Below are positions 10,342-19,668 of a DNA stretch of 64,000 bases, one piece after another. The translations under genes and the position numbers were made by a program. The notes below the pieces were generated by a model. It did no database searches, was not told where the DNA came from, and worked only from the letters and a program-made list of their open reading frames with translations. Position 1 is the first letter of the stretch, and each line of letters begins with the position of its first letter. The DNA is from Nitrospirota bacterium (GTDB lineage: Bacteria > Nitrospirota > UBA9217), in NCBI GenBank assembly GCA_035498715.1, contig DATJZV010000026.1, positions 11,923 to 75,922 on the forward strand. Direction: 5' to 3'.

Positions 10342-10773
10342 GGGGGAGACAGCGGGAACCAAAAGCTCCACGCATGGCCGTTCGATAAGATCATCAGGAT
10401 GCTCACGTACAAGGCCAGGCTCAAAGGCATCTGCATTGTCAAGGAATCCGAGGACTACACGAGCCAGACATGCTGCCTGTGCGGCACAACGTGCAGATCC
10501 AATCGTGTCCATCGTGGCCTCTATGCCTGCAACCAATGCGGTGCCGTCATCAACGCTGACGTGAACGGCGCAATAAACATCTTAAAAAGGTATCTCCCGG
10601 AGCAAATAAGTGTCTCCTGGAGTAGTGGCTGCCTGGCACAGCCTGCGGTCAACCGGTTTGCCTGGAGAAAGACCAGGCCCGTAACAACTGCCCATAAACC
10701 GGGGACGTGGCAAACATCTCTGCCGCATCCGCGAACAGGATCAGCAGTGGCCCTTAGTGAAGTAAGGGCCTGA
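10342..10773 (+). pseudogene. IS200/IS605-family tnpB (OrfB) 3' remnant: C-terminal ~140 aa only (RuvC-III plus the Zn-ribbon).
   Basis: The frame opens straight after a TGA at 10339-10341. Translation ...KLHAWPFDKIIRMLTYKARLKGICIVKESEDYTSQTCCLCG...CNQCGAVINADVNGAINILKR matches the TnpB C-terminus (YTSQTC, CxxC Zn-ribbon, NADxNGAxNI). About 250 aa of N-terminal TnpB is missing, and upstream is AT-rich non-coding DNA. Confidence 0.7.
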
Positions 10774-11197
10774 TTCGGGAATCCCCGGCCTTCAGGCCGG
10801 GGAGGATGTCAAGTTTGTTCATGTCATATCGTAATTCATAGATCCTTAACTCAATAAGAGTCACCTTAATAGGACCTTCATTTGTGAGAATAATATGAGG
10901 GCGTGATCCCTCGACATTGCTCATATTGGCGCGCAGGTGAACTGATGGCTCCAGGAACAGCTTGCTAATTTGTCTCTCCTCCACGCTGCTTTCCTTTGCG
11001 ATGTTGTTCGCCTGACACGAGAAATAAAGCGCGGCCAAAGAGGGTATATACGGTGAATACCGTAAGGCCGGACTTTTATAAATATATTTGAAGGCTGGAA
11101 TTATAAACTTCTCGATTACCATCATGGCTGAATGTTTCAGATTTAATAAATCTGGTCTGCTGAATTGACGTTTTCTCGTTTTTTTGCCAGATTTCAT
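10754..11197 (-). CDS. Hypothetical protein (147 aa) with a basic N-terminus, encoded in the AT-rich island.
   Basis: ATG start with GGGGAG/GGAG 5 nt upstream. Local GC is about 40% against about 57% for the window. No recognisable domain. The 3' end is read through the palindrome at 10783-10802. Confidence 0.4.
   Translation of the reverse strand: MKSGKKTRKRQFSRPDLLNLKHSAMMVIEKFIIPAFKYIYKSPALRYSPYIPSLAALYFSCQANNIAKESSVEERQISKLFLEPSVHLRANMSNVEGSRPHIILTNEGPIKVTLIELRIYELRYDMNKLDILPGLKAGDSRIRPLLH
10783..10802. repeat. Perfect GC-rich palindrome CCCCGGCC-TTCA-GGCCGGGG, about 10 nt past the tnpB remnant stop.
   Basis: Seen directly in the sequence. Its position is consistent with an IS200/IS605 right-end subterminal hairpin. 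No flanking T-run on either strand. Confidence 0.5.
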
Positions 11198-11473
11198 CTT
11201 ATCTCCCCATCGCTATATGGAAGTTGGTCGCATAGTGCGGTAGCCCTTGCTTCGACTGCCCATGCATGCAATTAAGCGATAGGTCCACTGTAACAGATAT
11301 TCGTCTTTTTGTAAAATGAAAGGACTGTAAGTCTTTGATATCGTTATGCTCAATTGGCGGTTCACATGCCAAATGGATAAAAAATACCAACGGTACATAC
11401 TAATGCTCATTATGTTTTCTGAGATTTTGCTCAATGCTTGAATTTTCCATCCTATCCTGATACAGTGTAACCT

Positions 11474-13108
11474 GTGATCACGGCCTTCATTATTTTCATT
11501 ATCACCTACATCTTCATCGGTCTTCGCCAGATCCCGCGGGTGCACATCGACCGACCCGCAGGCGCTCTCATTGGCGCCGTGCTGATGATAGCCTTCGGTG
11601 TGCTTACTCTCGACCAGGCCTTTGCCGCCATAGACATGCATACCCTGCTCCTTTTGCTCGGGATGATGATCATCACCGTCTACCTCAGGGCCGCTGGGTT
11701 CTTCGAGCTCATGGCAGACAAGATTCTCTCGCTCTCGAAAACGCCGCTCCAGCTTCTGATCTTCGTCACGGTCTCGTCGGGACTTCTCTCGGCTTTGTTC
11801 GTGAACGATACCATCTGCCTGCTCTACACGCCGATCATCCTTGAGGTGACGGTGCAGCTGGGGGTGAACCCTATACCGTATCTGATCGCGCTTGCCACAT
11901 CGTCGAACATCGGAAGCGTCATGACTGTGACTGGAAATCCGCAGAACATGCTCATCGGCATTTACTCGAAGATACCTTATCTCTCATTCTTCGGCGCACT
12001 TCTTCCGGTGGCACTCCTGGGCTTCATCGTGAGCATTATGGTGCTCCGGTTTGTATATCGCGATGATATGAAGAAGAAGTGTTTCCTAAAGAGGCCAACC
12101 ATGCCCGCCTATGATGTTAAGAGGCCGCTTTTGATCAAGTCGCTTCTGGTCTGTACTGCAGTTCTTGTGGCATTCTCATTCGGCTATCCGTATTCGCTCA
12201 CAGCCGCCGCCGGTGCGGTCATGCTGATGCTCATCGGCGGCATGCGCACGGAGCGGGTCCTGGAAGGTGTGGACTGGACACTCCTCCTGTTCTTTTCAGG
12301 GTTGTTCGTAGTGATGCATGGGGTCGAAGTCTCGGGCCTTGCCTCGGCGCTGATCAATCGTATGGGCAATGTCGCATCGTATTCGACGGAGGGTAAAATT
12401 GCGGGGCTTTCCCTGATCACCGCCGTCCTTTCGAACGTCGTAAGCAACGTGCCTGCGGTGATGCTGCTGAAGCCACTCACGCAAACGCTCGGTGGCGACC
12501 GAATCTTCTGGCTTACCCTTGCCATGAGCAGCACGCTGGCAGGGAACCTCACGCTCATCGGGTCGGTCGCGAACCTGATCGTGGTCCAGCAGGCCAGGAG
12601 AAGGGTGGAGATCGGTTTCATGGAATATTTCCGTGTCGGTGCGCTGATCACGGCCGCTACCGTCGCCATCGGTATTCTGGTCCTGGCTGTTGAAGTAAAA
12701 ATGGGAAACGGCGCCGAGGCCTATGCGGCTGAGATGAAGGAAAAGCAGATGACCGTGACGTTTATGCCCCGCGGCCACATAGCAGGCCACCGGACATTCA
12801 CGGTAGTGCTCGTGTGCGATACTGACCAGTCGCGGGCCAGGGGGCTCCAGGGATTCAGGCCTCTCCAGCCGAAAGAAGCTGCACTTTTCGTGTTCGACAG
12901 ACCCGAGGCCGTGACCTTCTGGATGGGGAGCGTGACCTTCCCGATCGATATCATTTTTGTTAGCCCTGATGGATACATTGTCGAAGTTTCTCCCCACTGC
13001 CTGCCGGGAAGCCATGAGTTCTATGGCTCCGGGGTCCCGGTGAAATGGGTGGTCGAGACAGCAGCGGGGTCAGGGGTGATGGTGGGGGACAGGGTAGTGA
13101 TCAAGTAG
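11474..13108 (+). CDS. ArsB/NhaD-superfamily anion permease (YbiR/CitMHS-like) fused to a C-terminal DUF192 (COG1430) domain.
   Basis: About 410 aa of polytopic membrane protein with ArsB/NhaD-like repeats, then ...VVLVCDTDQSRARGLQGFRPL...FWMGSVTFPIDIIFVSPDGYIVEV..., which is a typical DUF192 signature. One uninterrupted frame of 544 aa with a GTG start. Confidence 0.65.
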   Translation: MITAFIIFIITYIFIGLRQIPRVHIDRPAGALIGAVLMIAFGVLTLDQAFAAIDMHTLLLLLGMMIITVYLRAAGFFELMADKILSLSKTPLQLLIFVTVSSGLLSALFVNDTICLLYTPIILEVTVQLGVNPIPYLIALATSSNIGSVMTVTGNPQNMLIGIYSKIPYLSFFGALLPVALLGFIVSIMVLRFVYRDDMKKKCFLKRPTMPAYDVKRPLLIKSLLVCTAVLVAFSFGYPYSLTAAAGAVMLMLIGGMRTERVLEGVDWTLLLFFSGLFVVMHGVEVSGLASALINRMGNVASYSTEGKIAGLSLITAVLSNVVSNVPAVMLLKPLTQTLGGDRIFWLTLAMSSTLAGNLTLIGSVANLIVVQQARRRVEIGFMEYFRVGALITAATVAIGILVLAVEVKMGNGAEAYAAEMKEKQMTVTFMPRGHIAGHRTFTVVLVCDTDQSRARGLQGFRPLQPKEAALFVFDRPEAVTFWMGSVTFPIDIIFVSPDGYIVEVSPHCLPGSHEFYGSGVPVKWVVETAAGSGVMVGDRVVIK

Positions 13109-13131
13109 GAGTTGAGGAAATCTCTTGGCGC

Positions 13132-13317
13132 ATGGCGAATTGGGGTATTGCCGACGTTGAGCGGGCAATAAAAGAGGCGATCGAGATCGCAAGAGCCTGG
13201 ACAGTTCGAAACGCTGAAGTTCCCGCTCAAAAGAAAAAAGGATTTTGGGTATTCCTTGAACTGGACGCCACACGGGACGGGATACGGCAGAGCATCGTGA
13301 TGCTGAAAAAAATATAG
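13132..13317 (+). CDS. Small hypothetical protein (61 aa).
   Basis: ATG with GAGGAAA about 8 nt upstream; helical-looking sequence MANWGIADVERAIKEAIEIARAW...; no match to a known family. Confidence 0.2.
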   Translation: MANWGIADVERAIKEAIEIARAWTVRNAEVPAQKKKGFWVFLELDATRDGIRQSIVMLKKI

Positions 13318-13519
13318 AAATGTCTCGTCACAGAGAGCGCGGGGGAAAGAAGCGGAAGCAGAAGCTGATCAGACCCGGATAGAATCAAAAAAGTCTGTTA
13401 TGTAATTTAGTGCATGGGACATAATAACTCGTCCCCGCTTTCTATGTAAATCTGCTTCTCATAGACCTGCTTTAACTTTTTTCTGGGCTCTCGGCGTCCC
13501 CTGCGGTGAAAGAACTCCT

Positions 13520-14452
13520 ATGAACATCATCCCTCTTGCAGCTGAATCGCTCGGCGTCAGGAGCGCCGCTTTTTTCATCGAGACCGGTGGCGTGAGTATA
13601 CTCATCGACCCTGGCGTGTCGCTTGCATCGATGCGCTTCGGCCTGCCACCCCATCCTCTCGAGATCAAGGCCATGAACGAGAGCTGGCGCGTGATCAAGG
13701 GATACGCCGCGCGTGCGGACATCCTCATCATCACCCACTACCACTTCGACCACTTCGATCCCACGGAGCCACTCGTGTTGAAAGGGAAGGTGCTCCTCAT
13801 AAAGCATCCTGATGAGAACATCAATTCAAAACAACGCGAACGCGCGCGCGATCTGATCAGGAACTTCAAGACCTTGCCGCGCAGGGTTGAATTTGTTGAT
13901 AATAACGGATTCGATTTCGGCGGCACCGCAATCCGGTTCTCTCCAGCAGTGCCGCACGGGCCGAGCGCAAAAGGCGGGTGGGTCGTCGAAGTTTCTGTTC
14001 AGGAACGGGGGTGTTGCTTCCTGCATACCTCAGACATTCAGGGCGCCAGTCTCCCGCAACATATGCATTTCATTCTGTCGGAAAATCCCGATGTCCTGTA
14101 TCTGGACGGCCCGCTCACGTACCGTATGGAGCACGGGTTCAGGATTGATGATCTCAGAGCTTCGATCAGCAATATTTGCAGGGTGATAGAGACGACGCGC
14201 GTACGAACGCTCATTATTGATCATCATCTGCTCCGGGACCCGAACTGGAAAGAAGAGATGGTCGAGGTCTTTGAGAGGGCACGTAAAGCCGGCAAGAAGG
14301 TCGTGACAGCGGCGGGCTTCCTGGGAAAAGAAGACGAGATCCTTGAGGCGCATCGGCGGCAGCTCTTTGCGTGGCATCCGGACATGCCAGAGGAAACGAT
14401 CAGGCGGAGCAGAACTTTTCAACTGGTAAAGGAGTTGACGAAACATCTTTGA
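13520..14452 (+). CDS. MBL-fold metallo-hydrolase.
   Basis: ILIITHYHFDHFDP (HxHxDH) and downstream His/Asp ligands. Confidence 0.7.
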   Translation: MNIIPLAAESLGVRSAAFFIETGGVSILIDPGVSLASMRFGLPPHPLEIKAMNESWRVIKGYAARADILIITHYHFDHFDPTEPLVLKGKVLLIKHPDENINSKQRERARDLIRNFKTLPRRVEFVDNNGFDFGGTAIRFSPAVPHGPSAKGGWVVEVSVQERGCCFLHTSDIQGASLPQHMHFILSENPDVLYLDGPLTYRMEHGFRIDDLRASISNICRVIETTRVRTLIIDHHLLRDPNWKEEMVEVFERARKAGKKVVTAAGFLGKEDEILEAHRRQLFAWHPDMPEETIRRSRTFQLVKELTKHL

Positions 14453-14558
14453 TCATGATTCCCACAAAGGTGAGATATCTCCGGTCATCGTTTTCATTAA
14501 CATCACTCAGTGCAATAAGAGAATCAAACTAAAAACAGAGAAAAACCCTTAAAAAAGC

Positions 14559-14587
14559 TTGTATTTCCCCGTTCCATTGTTTATAAT
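14559..14587 (+). promoter_or_regulatory. Sigma70-like promoter: TTGTAT, 17-nt spacer, TATAAT.
   Basis: TTGTAT at 14559-14564 and TATAAT at 14582-14587. GGAGG lies 7 nt before the ATG at 14622. Confidence 0.45.
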
Positions 14588-14621
14588 ACATCCCTTATTT
14601 CAGGACATTGGAGGTTTTGTT

Positions 14622-14936
14622 ATGCCGATTTATGAATACGAATGCGGAAGCTGCGGCGGGCGGTTTGAGGTGACCCAGAAGTTCAGCGACCCACTCCTCT
14701 CCATATGCAAGCTGTGTAGCGCCACGGGTGTAAGGAAGGTGCTCTCGCCCACGTCCTTTGTGCTGAAGGGAAGCGGCTGGTATGTCACCGATTACCCTTC
14801 GGGCGACAGGAAAAAGGCTGGTGAATCCGAGAAACCCTGTGGTGAATCCGAGAAACCCTGTAAGGAGGAGTCAAAGCCGGCTGCCGGATGTACGACGGGC
14901 GCTTGCGTGTCGGGCAAGTGTGCGTCAAAAGGCTGA
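14622..14936 (+). CDS. FmdB-family zinc-ribbon protein.
   Basis: MPIYEYECGSCGGRFEV...CKLCS with CxxC...CxxC. Start is the internal ATG with a GGAGG RBS. Confidence 0.75.
   Translation: MPIYEYECGSCGGRFEVTQKFSDPLLSICKLCSATGVRKVLSPTSFVLKGSGWYVTDYPSGDRKKAGESEKPCGESEKPCKEESKPAAGCTTGACVSGKCASKG
14820..14861 (+). repeat. Perfect 21-bp tandem duplication (GGTGAATCCGAGAAACCCTGT x2) inside the fmdB-like gene.
   Basis: Seen directly; it encodes GESEKPC-GESEKPC in frame. Confidence 0.9.
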
Positions 14937-14941
14937 CCCTG

Positions 14942-15712
14942 ATGGAACCCGTACACATTCATATCCCCTATCCTAAGCTGAAGGATTACTTTGAACTACT
15001 GCGCAAGCGCCGGTATGATCTCGAGATATATTTATCCGCTGCGGTGCTCGACCAGATAGAAAAACCTGACCTCGAGAAACTTCTTGAACGACTCGACTGG
15101 AACCCTGCGCTCACCCTCCATGCGCCATTCATGGACATGAACCCCGGCGCCGTGGACCCCATGGTAAGGTCGGTGACCCAGGTGCGGTTCCGACAGCTCC
15201 TGAACGTCGCCGCTATCCTAAAGCCCAGGGCTGCCGTGTTCCATGCGGCCTACGACCGGTGGCGCTACAGCGGGCGAAAAGATATCTGGCTCGAGTATAG
15301 CCTCGATACCTGGCATAAGGTGGTTACATCCGCGTCCAAGATCGGCTTGCGGGTCGCCGTAGAGAACGTGTTCGATGAGGACCCCGAAGCGCTCAAGATG
15401 CTGATCGAGAAAATCGGGAGCCCGGACTTCGGGTTCTGTTTCGACACGGGACATTTCAACCTCTTTTCGACTGTTTCCATGGAACAGTGGTTCGAGACCC
15501 TCGGAAAAAATCTGATCGAGGTCCATCTGCATGATAACGATGGAACGACCGATTCCCACTGGGCCCTGGGGAGAGGTGATATTGATTTTCAGCAATTCTT
15601 CCGATTGATGCGCACTCACTCGCCGAAACCGGTGTATACCATTGAGGCTCACGACAGGGATGATGTTGAAACGAGCCTGGACCGGGTAAAGACTCTGCTG
15701 CAGGTGCAGTGA
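14942..15712 (+). CDS. Sugar phosphate isomerase/epimerase-family TIM-barrel protein (xylose isomerase-like).
   Basis: AVENVFDE...FCFDTGHFNL...HLHDNDG are metal-binding motifs of the AP_endonuc_2/xylose-isomerase-like fold. Start at M19 of the track ORF. Confidence 0.65.
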   Translation: MEPVHIHIPYPKLKDYFELLRKRRYDLEIYLSAAVLDQIEKPDLEKLLERLDWNPALTLHAPFMDMNPGAVDPMVRSVTQVRFRQLLNVAAILKPRAAVFHAAYDRWRYSGRKDIWLEYSLDTWHKVVTSASKIGLRVAVENVFDEDPEALKMLIEKIGSPDFGFCFDTGHFNLFSTVSMEQWFETLGKNLIEVHLHDNDGTTDSHWALGRGDIDFQQFFRLMRTHSPKPVYTIEAHDRDDVETSLDRVKTLLQVQ

Positions 15713-15794
15713 TCGAAGACAGAAGAGAGAATTTGCTGCCCATCAAGGGCAGGTTTGGCTTGACATGATCAGGCTCGTGCCTTAGACTAATTAC

Positions 15795-17546
15795 ATGAAA
15801 AATACGATTATTATTGCCGTACTAATGATTCTCACCGCTTCCTGTGCAACGATGCCTGCGAAAATGTCCGAGGTGAACGTCGGGAGCATGAGCTCCCAGG
15901 ATCGCGAGCAGGCAGATGCCTATTATCATTTCATGGTTGGCAACCTCTTAGAACAGGACGGAGAGCTCGATGAGGCCATGAAGGAATACGAAGCCGCGTA
16001 CCACCTGGACCCCCGTTCCGCCGAGGTCGCGCTCTCGCTCTCGTCCCTCTCTCTTCGGAAGGGGCAGCTCGACCAGGCAACGGTCTACGCGCAAAAGGCG
16101 GCCGAACTCGCCCCAGACAAGACCGAAGCTCTCCTAATGCTCGCCAGTATCTATACCAATAAAAAGAAATACGATGAAGCGGCCGACATCTACCGGAAGG
16201 TGATTGCCATTGATCCCAAAAAGGATGAACCCTATATGTACCTTGGGTCGCTCTATGCCGCCATGAAACGGTATGATGAAGCGGTGGCGACATTCAAAGC
16301 ACTCGAGAAAGTGAATCCCTCCTCGCTGATGTCGCCTTATTACCTCGGCAGGATCTATACGGAACGCCAGATGTATCCCGAGGCGCTCGCTGAATTCAAG
16401 AGGGCCGTTGCTCTCAGGGACGATTTTGAGCCCGCTTATACAAGCATGGGCTTTGTGTATGAACTCATGGACAGGACGGGAGATGCCATCGAGATGTACA
16501 AAAGGTCTCTCGCGCTCAATCCGCACAACCTAGAGATCATGCAACACCTGGGACAGCTCTACATTCAGCAGAACGCCCTTGATGACGCTTTGGAGCAGTT
16601 CAAGCGCGTGGTGGCCGTGGACCCGAAGAACTTCGACGCCTACACCAAGATGGGTCTCATCTACGCTGAGAAAAAACAATATAACAAAGCTGCGGAATCA
16701 TTTTCGGTCGTTTCAAGCGCCATGCCCGATGACCTGAAGGTGAAGCGGTACCTCGCTTCCACGCTTGTTGCCATGGGTCGGTACGATGATGCGCTCAAGG
16801 AATACAAAGCCATTCTCGGAGCCGCGCCCGACGATACCGACACCCTGCTCCAGATTGCATATATCTATGCACAGCAAAAGAGGACTGCGGAAGCGGTCCC
16901 TCTCCTGGAGAAGGCGCTTCGGGAACAGCCGGGAAAGCCTGAGCTCTACCTCTATCTTGCCAACGCGTACATGGACGTGGACAAGTACCAACAGGCGGCG
17001 GACACACTGAAAAAGGGCATCGAACTTGCTCCGGACCGGGACGATCTGCTGTTCAGCCTCGCGATCGCGTACGAGAAGCTTGGACGGCATGATGATATGG
17101 TCGCTGCCCTTAAAAAGACACTCGAGCTTAAACCTGACAACGCCGATGCGCTTAACTACCTAGGCTACACGTATGCGGAGAAAGGCGAGCGGCTCGACGA
17201 GGCCATCGTCCTCATCAAGCGGGCGCTTCTTCTCAAGCCGGACAATGGCTACATCCTCGACAGCCTTGCCTGGGCATACTACCAGAAGGGGATGCTCAAT
17301 GAGGCCCTCGAGGTCATGAAAAAGGCGATGGCGAAGACATCAGAAGATGATCCTGTTATGCGGGAGCACTACGGCGATATCTATCTGAAGCTTTCCAATA
17401 AGGAGAAGGCCCGCGAGCAGTGGCTGAAATCTCTTGAGCTCGACCCCAAAAACCAGGATCTCCGGGACAAGTTTAAGAATGCCGGGTTCGGAAATCCCGA
17501 TGATCTGCTCAAAGATGTACAACCGAGGAAGAAGAACAAGAAGTGA
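15795..17546 (+). CDS. TPR-repeat lipoprotein.
   Basis: LTASC lipobox, then more than 12 TPR repeats. Confidence 0.8.
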   Translation: MKNTIIIAVLMILTASCATMPAKMSEVNVGSMSSQDREQADAYYHFMVGNLLEQDGELDEAMKEYEAAYHLDPRSAEVALSLSSLSLRKGQLDQATVYAQKAAELAPDKTEALLMLASIYTNKKKYDEAADIYRKVIAIDPKKDEPYMYLGSLYAAMKRYDEAVATFKALEKVNPSSLMSPYYLGRIYTERQMYPEALAEFKRAVALRDDFEPAYTSMGFVYELMDRTGDAIEMYKRSLALNPHNLEIMQHLGQLYIQQNALDDALEQFKRVVAVDPKNFDAYTKMGLIYAEKKQYNKAAESFSVVSSAMPDDLKVKRYLASTLVAMGRYDDALKEYKAILGAAPDDTDTLLQIAYIYAQQKRTAEAVPLLEKALREQPGKPELYLYLANAYMDVDKYQQAADTLKKGIELAPDRDDLLFSLAIAYEKLGRHDDMVAALKKTLELKPDNADALNYLGYTYAEKGERLDEAIVLIKRALLLKPDNGYILDSLAWAYYQKGMLNEALEVMKKAMAKTSEDDPVMREHYGDIYLKLSNKEKAREQWLKSLELDPKNQDLRDKFKNAGFGNPDDLLKDVQPRKKNKK

Positions 17547-18316
17547 AGATACACCGGATCATTCCCGCTGTCATTATCCCGCTCCTGTTTGCATGCCTCC
17601 CTAAAGAACCGGAAATTCCCTTGACCGAGGTCCCATCCGGACCATTGTTCCAGATGCTGGAGCAGCGTCGGCAATCGTTCAGCGGGCTCAAGACCATTGC
17701 GAGCGTGGAGGCGGTAAGGTCCGGCCGCAAACGATCCTATGATACAGTCGGCATCATGGTTGAGGGCCAGCGGCGGTTTCGTGTGGAAGTCTATGGCCCC
17801 CTCGGTCAATCCCTCATGATGCTTGTTTGGGACGGCACCGATGTGGCGCTCCGTCTTGAAGATGGAAGGGTAGTGAGGCCGGGACCGGCAGGGCTCGAGA
17901 AAATCATCGGGGTTGCAATGGACGCGGCGGAACTTTGCAGTGTTCTGTCAGCAAATATACCAGCTGCCGTCCAGCCAGTAGAAACGCGGGCGTTCCGCAA
18001 GCCTGATGGGAGCTATCTGATCGAGCTGAGTAGCGGGGACACTATGCGACGTGTTCATGTGCAGCTTTCGGAATCTGGTCCTCAGCAGAGCCTCCGGATC
18101 ACAGCCATTGAATGGTACCGGTCGAAAAAAATTGTTTATCGGGCGCTGTACGAGCAGATGGAACAGATTTCGCAATACCTGATTCCAAAGACGATACGGA
18201 TTGAAAACCCAGAGCGAAAGATATCACTCACTATCGTGTATGATGAGACAGACGTCAACACGCCTCTTAACGATGATGCATTCAAGCTTCCTGACGCGGA
18301 GGCCCCGTGGCAATGA
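17543..18316 (+). CDS. LolB-like outer-membrane lipoprotein (DUF4292-like).
   Basis: Lipobox LLFAC. Sits directly upstream of ispE-prs, as lolB does in E. coli. GTG start overlaps the TPR gene stop (GTGA). Confidence 0.55.
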   Translation: MKIHRIIPAVIIPLLFACLPKEPEIPLTEVPSGPLFQMLEQRRQSFSGLKTIASVEAVRSGRKRSYDTVGIMVEGQRRFRVEVYGPLGQSLMMLVWDGTDVALRLEDGRVVRPGPAGLEKIIGVAMDAAELCSVLSANIPAAVQPVETRAFRKPDGSYLIELSSGDTMRRVHVQLSESGPQQSLRITAIEWYRSKKIVYRALYEQMEQISQYLIPKTIRIENPERKISLTIVYDETDVNTPLNDDAFKLPDAEAPWQ

Positions 18317-19182
18317 ACGAAATTACAATCAAGGCGCCTGCAAAGATCAATCTCTGCCTGTCGGTGTTCGGGAAAAGGCCGGATGGCTATCACGAGGTGG
18401 AGATGCTGATACAGATGGTCGGCCTGTATGACGAGGTAACAGTGGCACGAGGTGATCGGGGCATCACTGTCCGATGTGATAATAGCGCGGTTCCGTCAGG
18501 TGAAGGAAACATAGCATGGAAGGCTGCGGCCGCGATGCTCAAAATTTCAGAGAGAAATACGGGGCTCTCAATAGACATCAGGAAGGCGATTCCCGTTGCC
18601 GCCGGTCTCGGCGGGGGGAGCGGGGACGCCGCCGCAGTGCTCGCTGCGGCCAACAGATTGCTCGGGGTAAGGCTCAATAGGGAACGGTTGGCCGAGGTGG
18701 GAGCCGGGCTCGGTATGGACGTGCCGTTCTTCTTCTACGGACCTACAGCTCTGGCGCGGGGCAGGGGAGAGATTCTCACGACGCTGACGCCGTTGCCTAA
18801 GTTCTCGGTTTTGCTCGTTAATCCGGGGTTTGAGACCTCGACGGCATGGGTTTACAAAAACGTAAATTTGAGGTTGACAAAAAAAGTTGACTGTAATAAA
18901 ATTGCAGGGCTTGCGGTCCGAAGCATTGCAGAGAGTCTCCATAATGATCTCGAGACCGTAACAGCAGCCATGCACCCCGAGATCAGCAGGATTAAGGGAG
19001 CACTCTTGGCCCGCGGGGCCATCGGGGCGTGCATGAGCGGGAGCGGCCCTACGGTATTCGGCATATTCGAGACGGAAGAGGCCTGCCGGGCAGCTGCAAA
19101 GAGCATTTCCGGAGAAGGGTGGAAACTTTATCCGACTGAGACCTTGACCGTATCGCCTCTTGGGGTGTACCATACAGAGTAG
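18307..19182 (+). CDS. ispE: 4-diphosphocytidyl-2-C-methyl-D-erythritol kinase.
   Basis: KAPAKINLCLSV...GLGGGSGDAAAVL is the GHMP kinase family. An alternative ATG at 18313 overlaps the upstream stop (ATGA). Confidence 0.85.
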   Translation: MAMNEITIKAPAKINLCLSVFGKRPDGYHEVEMLIQMVGLYDEVTVARGDRGITVRCDNSAVPSGEGNIAWKAAAAMLKISERNTGLSIDIRKAIPVAAGLGGGSGDAAAVLAAANRLLGVRLNRERLAEVGAGLGMDVPFFFYGPTALARGRGEILTTLTPLPKFSVLLVNPGFETSTAWVYKNVNLRLTKKVDCNKIAGLAVRSIAESLHNDLETVTAAMHPEISRIKGALLARGAIGACMSGSGPTVFGIFETEEACRAAAKSISGEGWKLYPTETLTVSPLGVYHTE

Positions 19183-19254
19183 AGTTCAGACGGCAGCGGG
19201 TGATAGTGACGCTGCGCTGACTCCACGATCATCCAGCAACGAGGGGGAATGAGT

Positions 19255-19551
19255 ATGGAAATCACAGAGGTCAGGGTATTCCCGGTCAGCAATGAAGAGC
19301 GGCTGAAGGCCTACGCAACGATAACCATCGACAATGTATTCCTCATCAGGGATCTCCGAGTTATCAACGGCAACGCCGGGCTATTTGTGGCCATGCCGAG
19401 CAGAAAGATGAAGGACGGGACCTTCAAGGACATCGCCCATCCGTTGAATAGCGAGACCAGGCAGATGATCGAGTCAAAGGTCCTCTCCGAGTATGAAAGG
19501 GAGCTGGCGAACCCCACGAAACGGGAGCCTCCACCGAAGAGCCCTGAATAG
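19255..19551 (+). CDS. spoVG: Septation protein SpoVG.
   Basis: MEITEVRVFPV...KAYATITIDNVFLIRDLRVINGNAGLFVAMPSRK is canonical SpoVG. Confidence 0.85.
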   Translation: MEITEVRVFPVSNEERLKAYATITIDNVFLIRDLRVINGNAGLFVAMPSRKMKDGTFKDIAHPLNSETRQMIESKVLSEYERELANPTKREPPPKSPE

Positions 19552-19601
19552 CGGTTGACCGCACTGATATTCGTTCTGCCGATTCTGCATCTGATACGAG
19601 A

Positions 19602-19632
19602 GGATAGGCGCCTGCCTATCCTTTTCATGTTT
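19602..19632 (+). terminator. Rho-independent terminator after spoVG.
   Basis: GGATAGGC-GCCT-GCCTATCC stem-loop followed by TTTTCATGTTT. Confidence 0.5.
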
Positions 19633-19668
19633 ATCCGGCCGAAATCCCAGATGAGATTCGGTCACCAG

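Noticed and set aside
10783-10802. The GC palindrome as an intrinsic terminator for the convergent tnpB remnant and orf147.
   Set aside because: No T-run on either side; more consistent with an IS right-end hairpin, though this is unproven.
10754-11197. Considered whether the 147-aa island ORF is a degenerate IS200-type TnpA (Y1 HuH transposase).
   Set aside because: It has a PHIIL and an RIYELRY segment, but the spacing and order do not match the TnpA HuH and Tyr architecture, so it is left as hypothetical.
12296-13015. Long antisense ORFs inside confident genes (for example 12296-13015, 7356-8207, 19818-20927, 33847-34980, 37752-39023, 43244-44086).
   Set aside because: Typical high-GC antisense open frames opposite well-supported genes; no independent signals.
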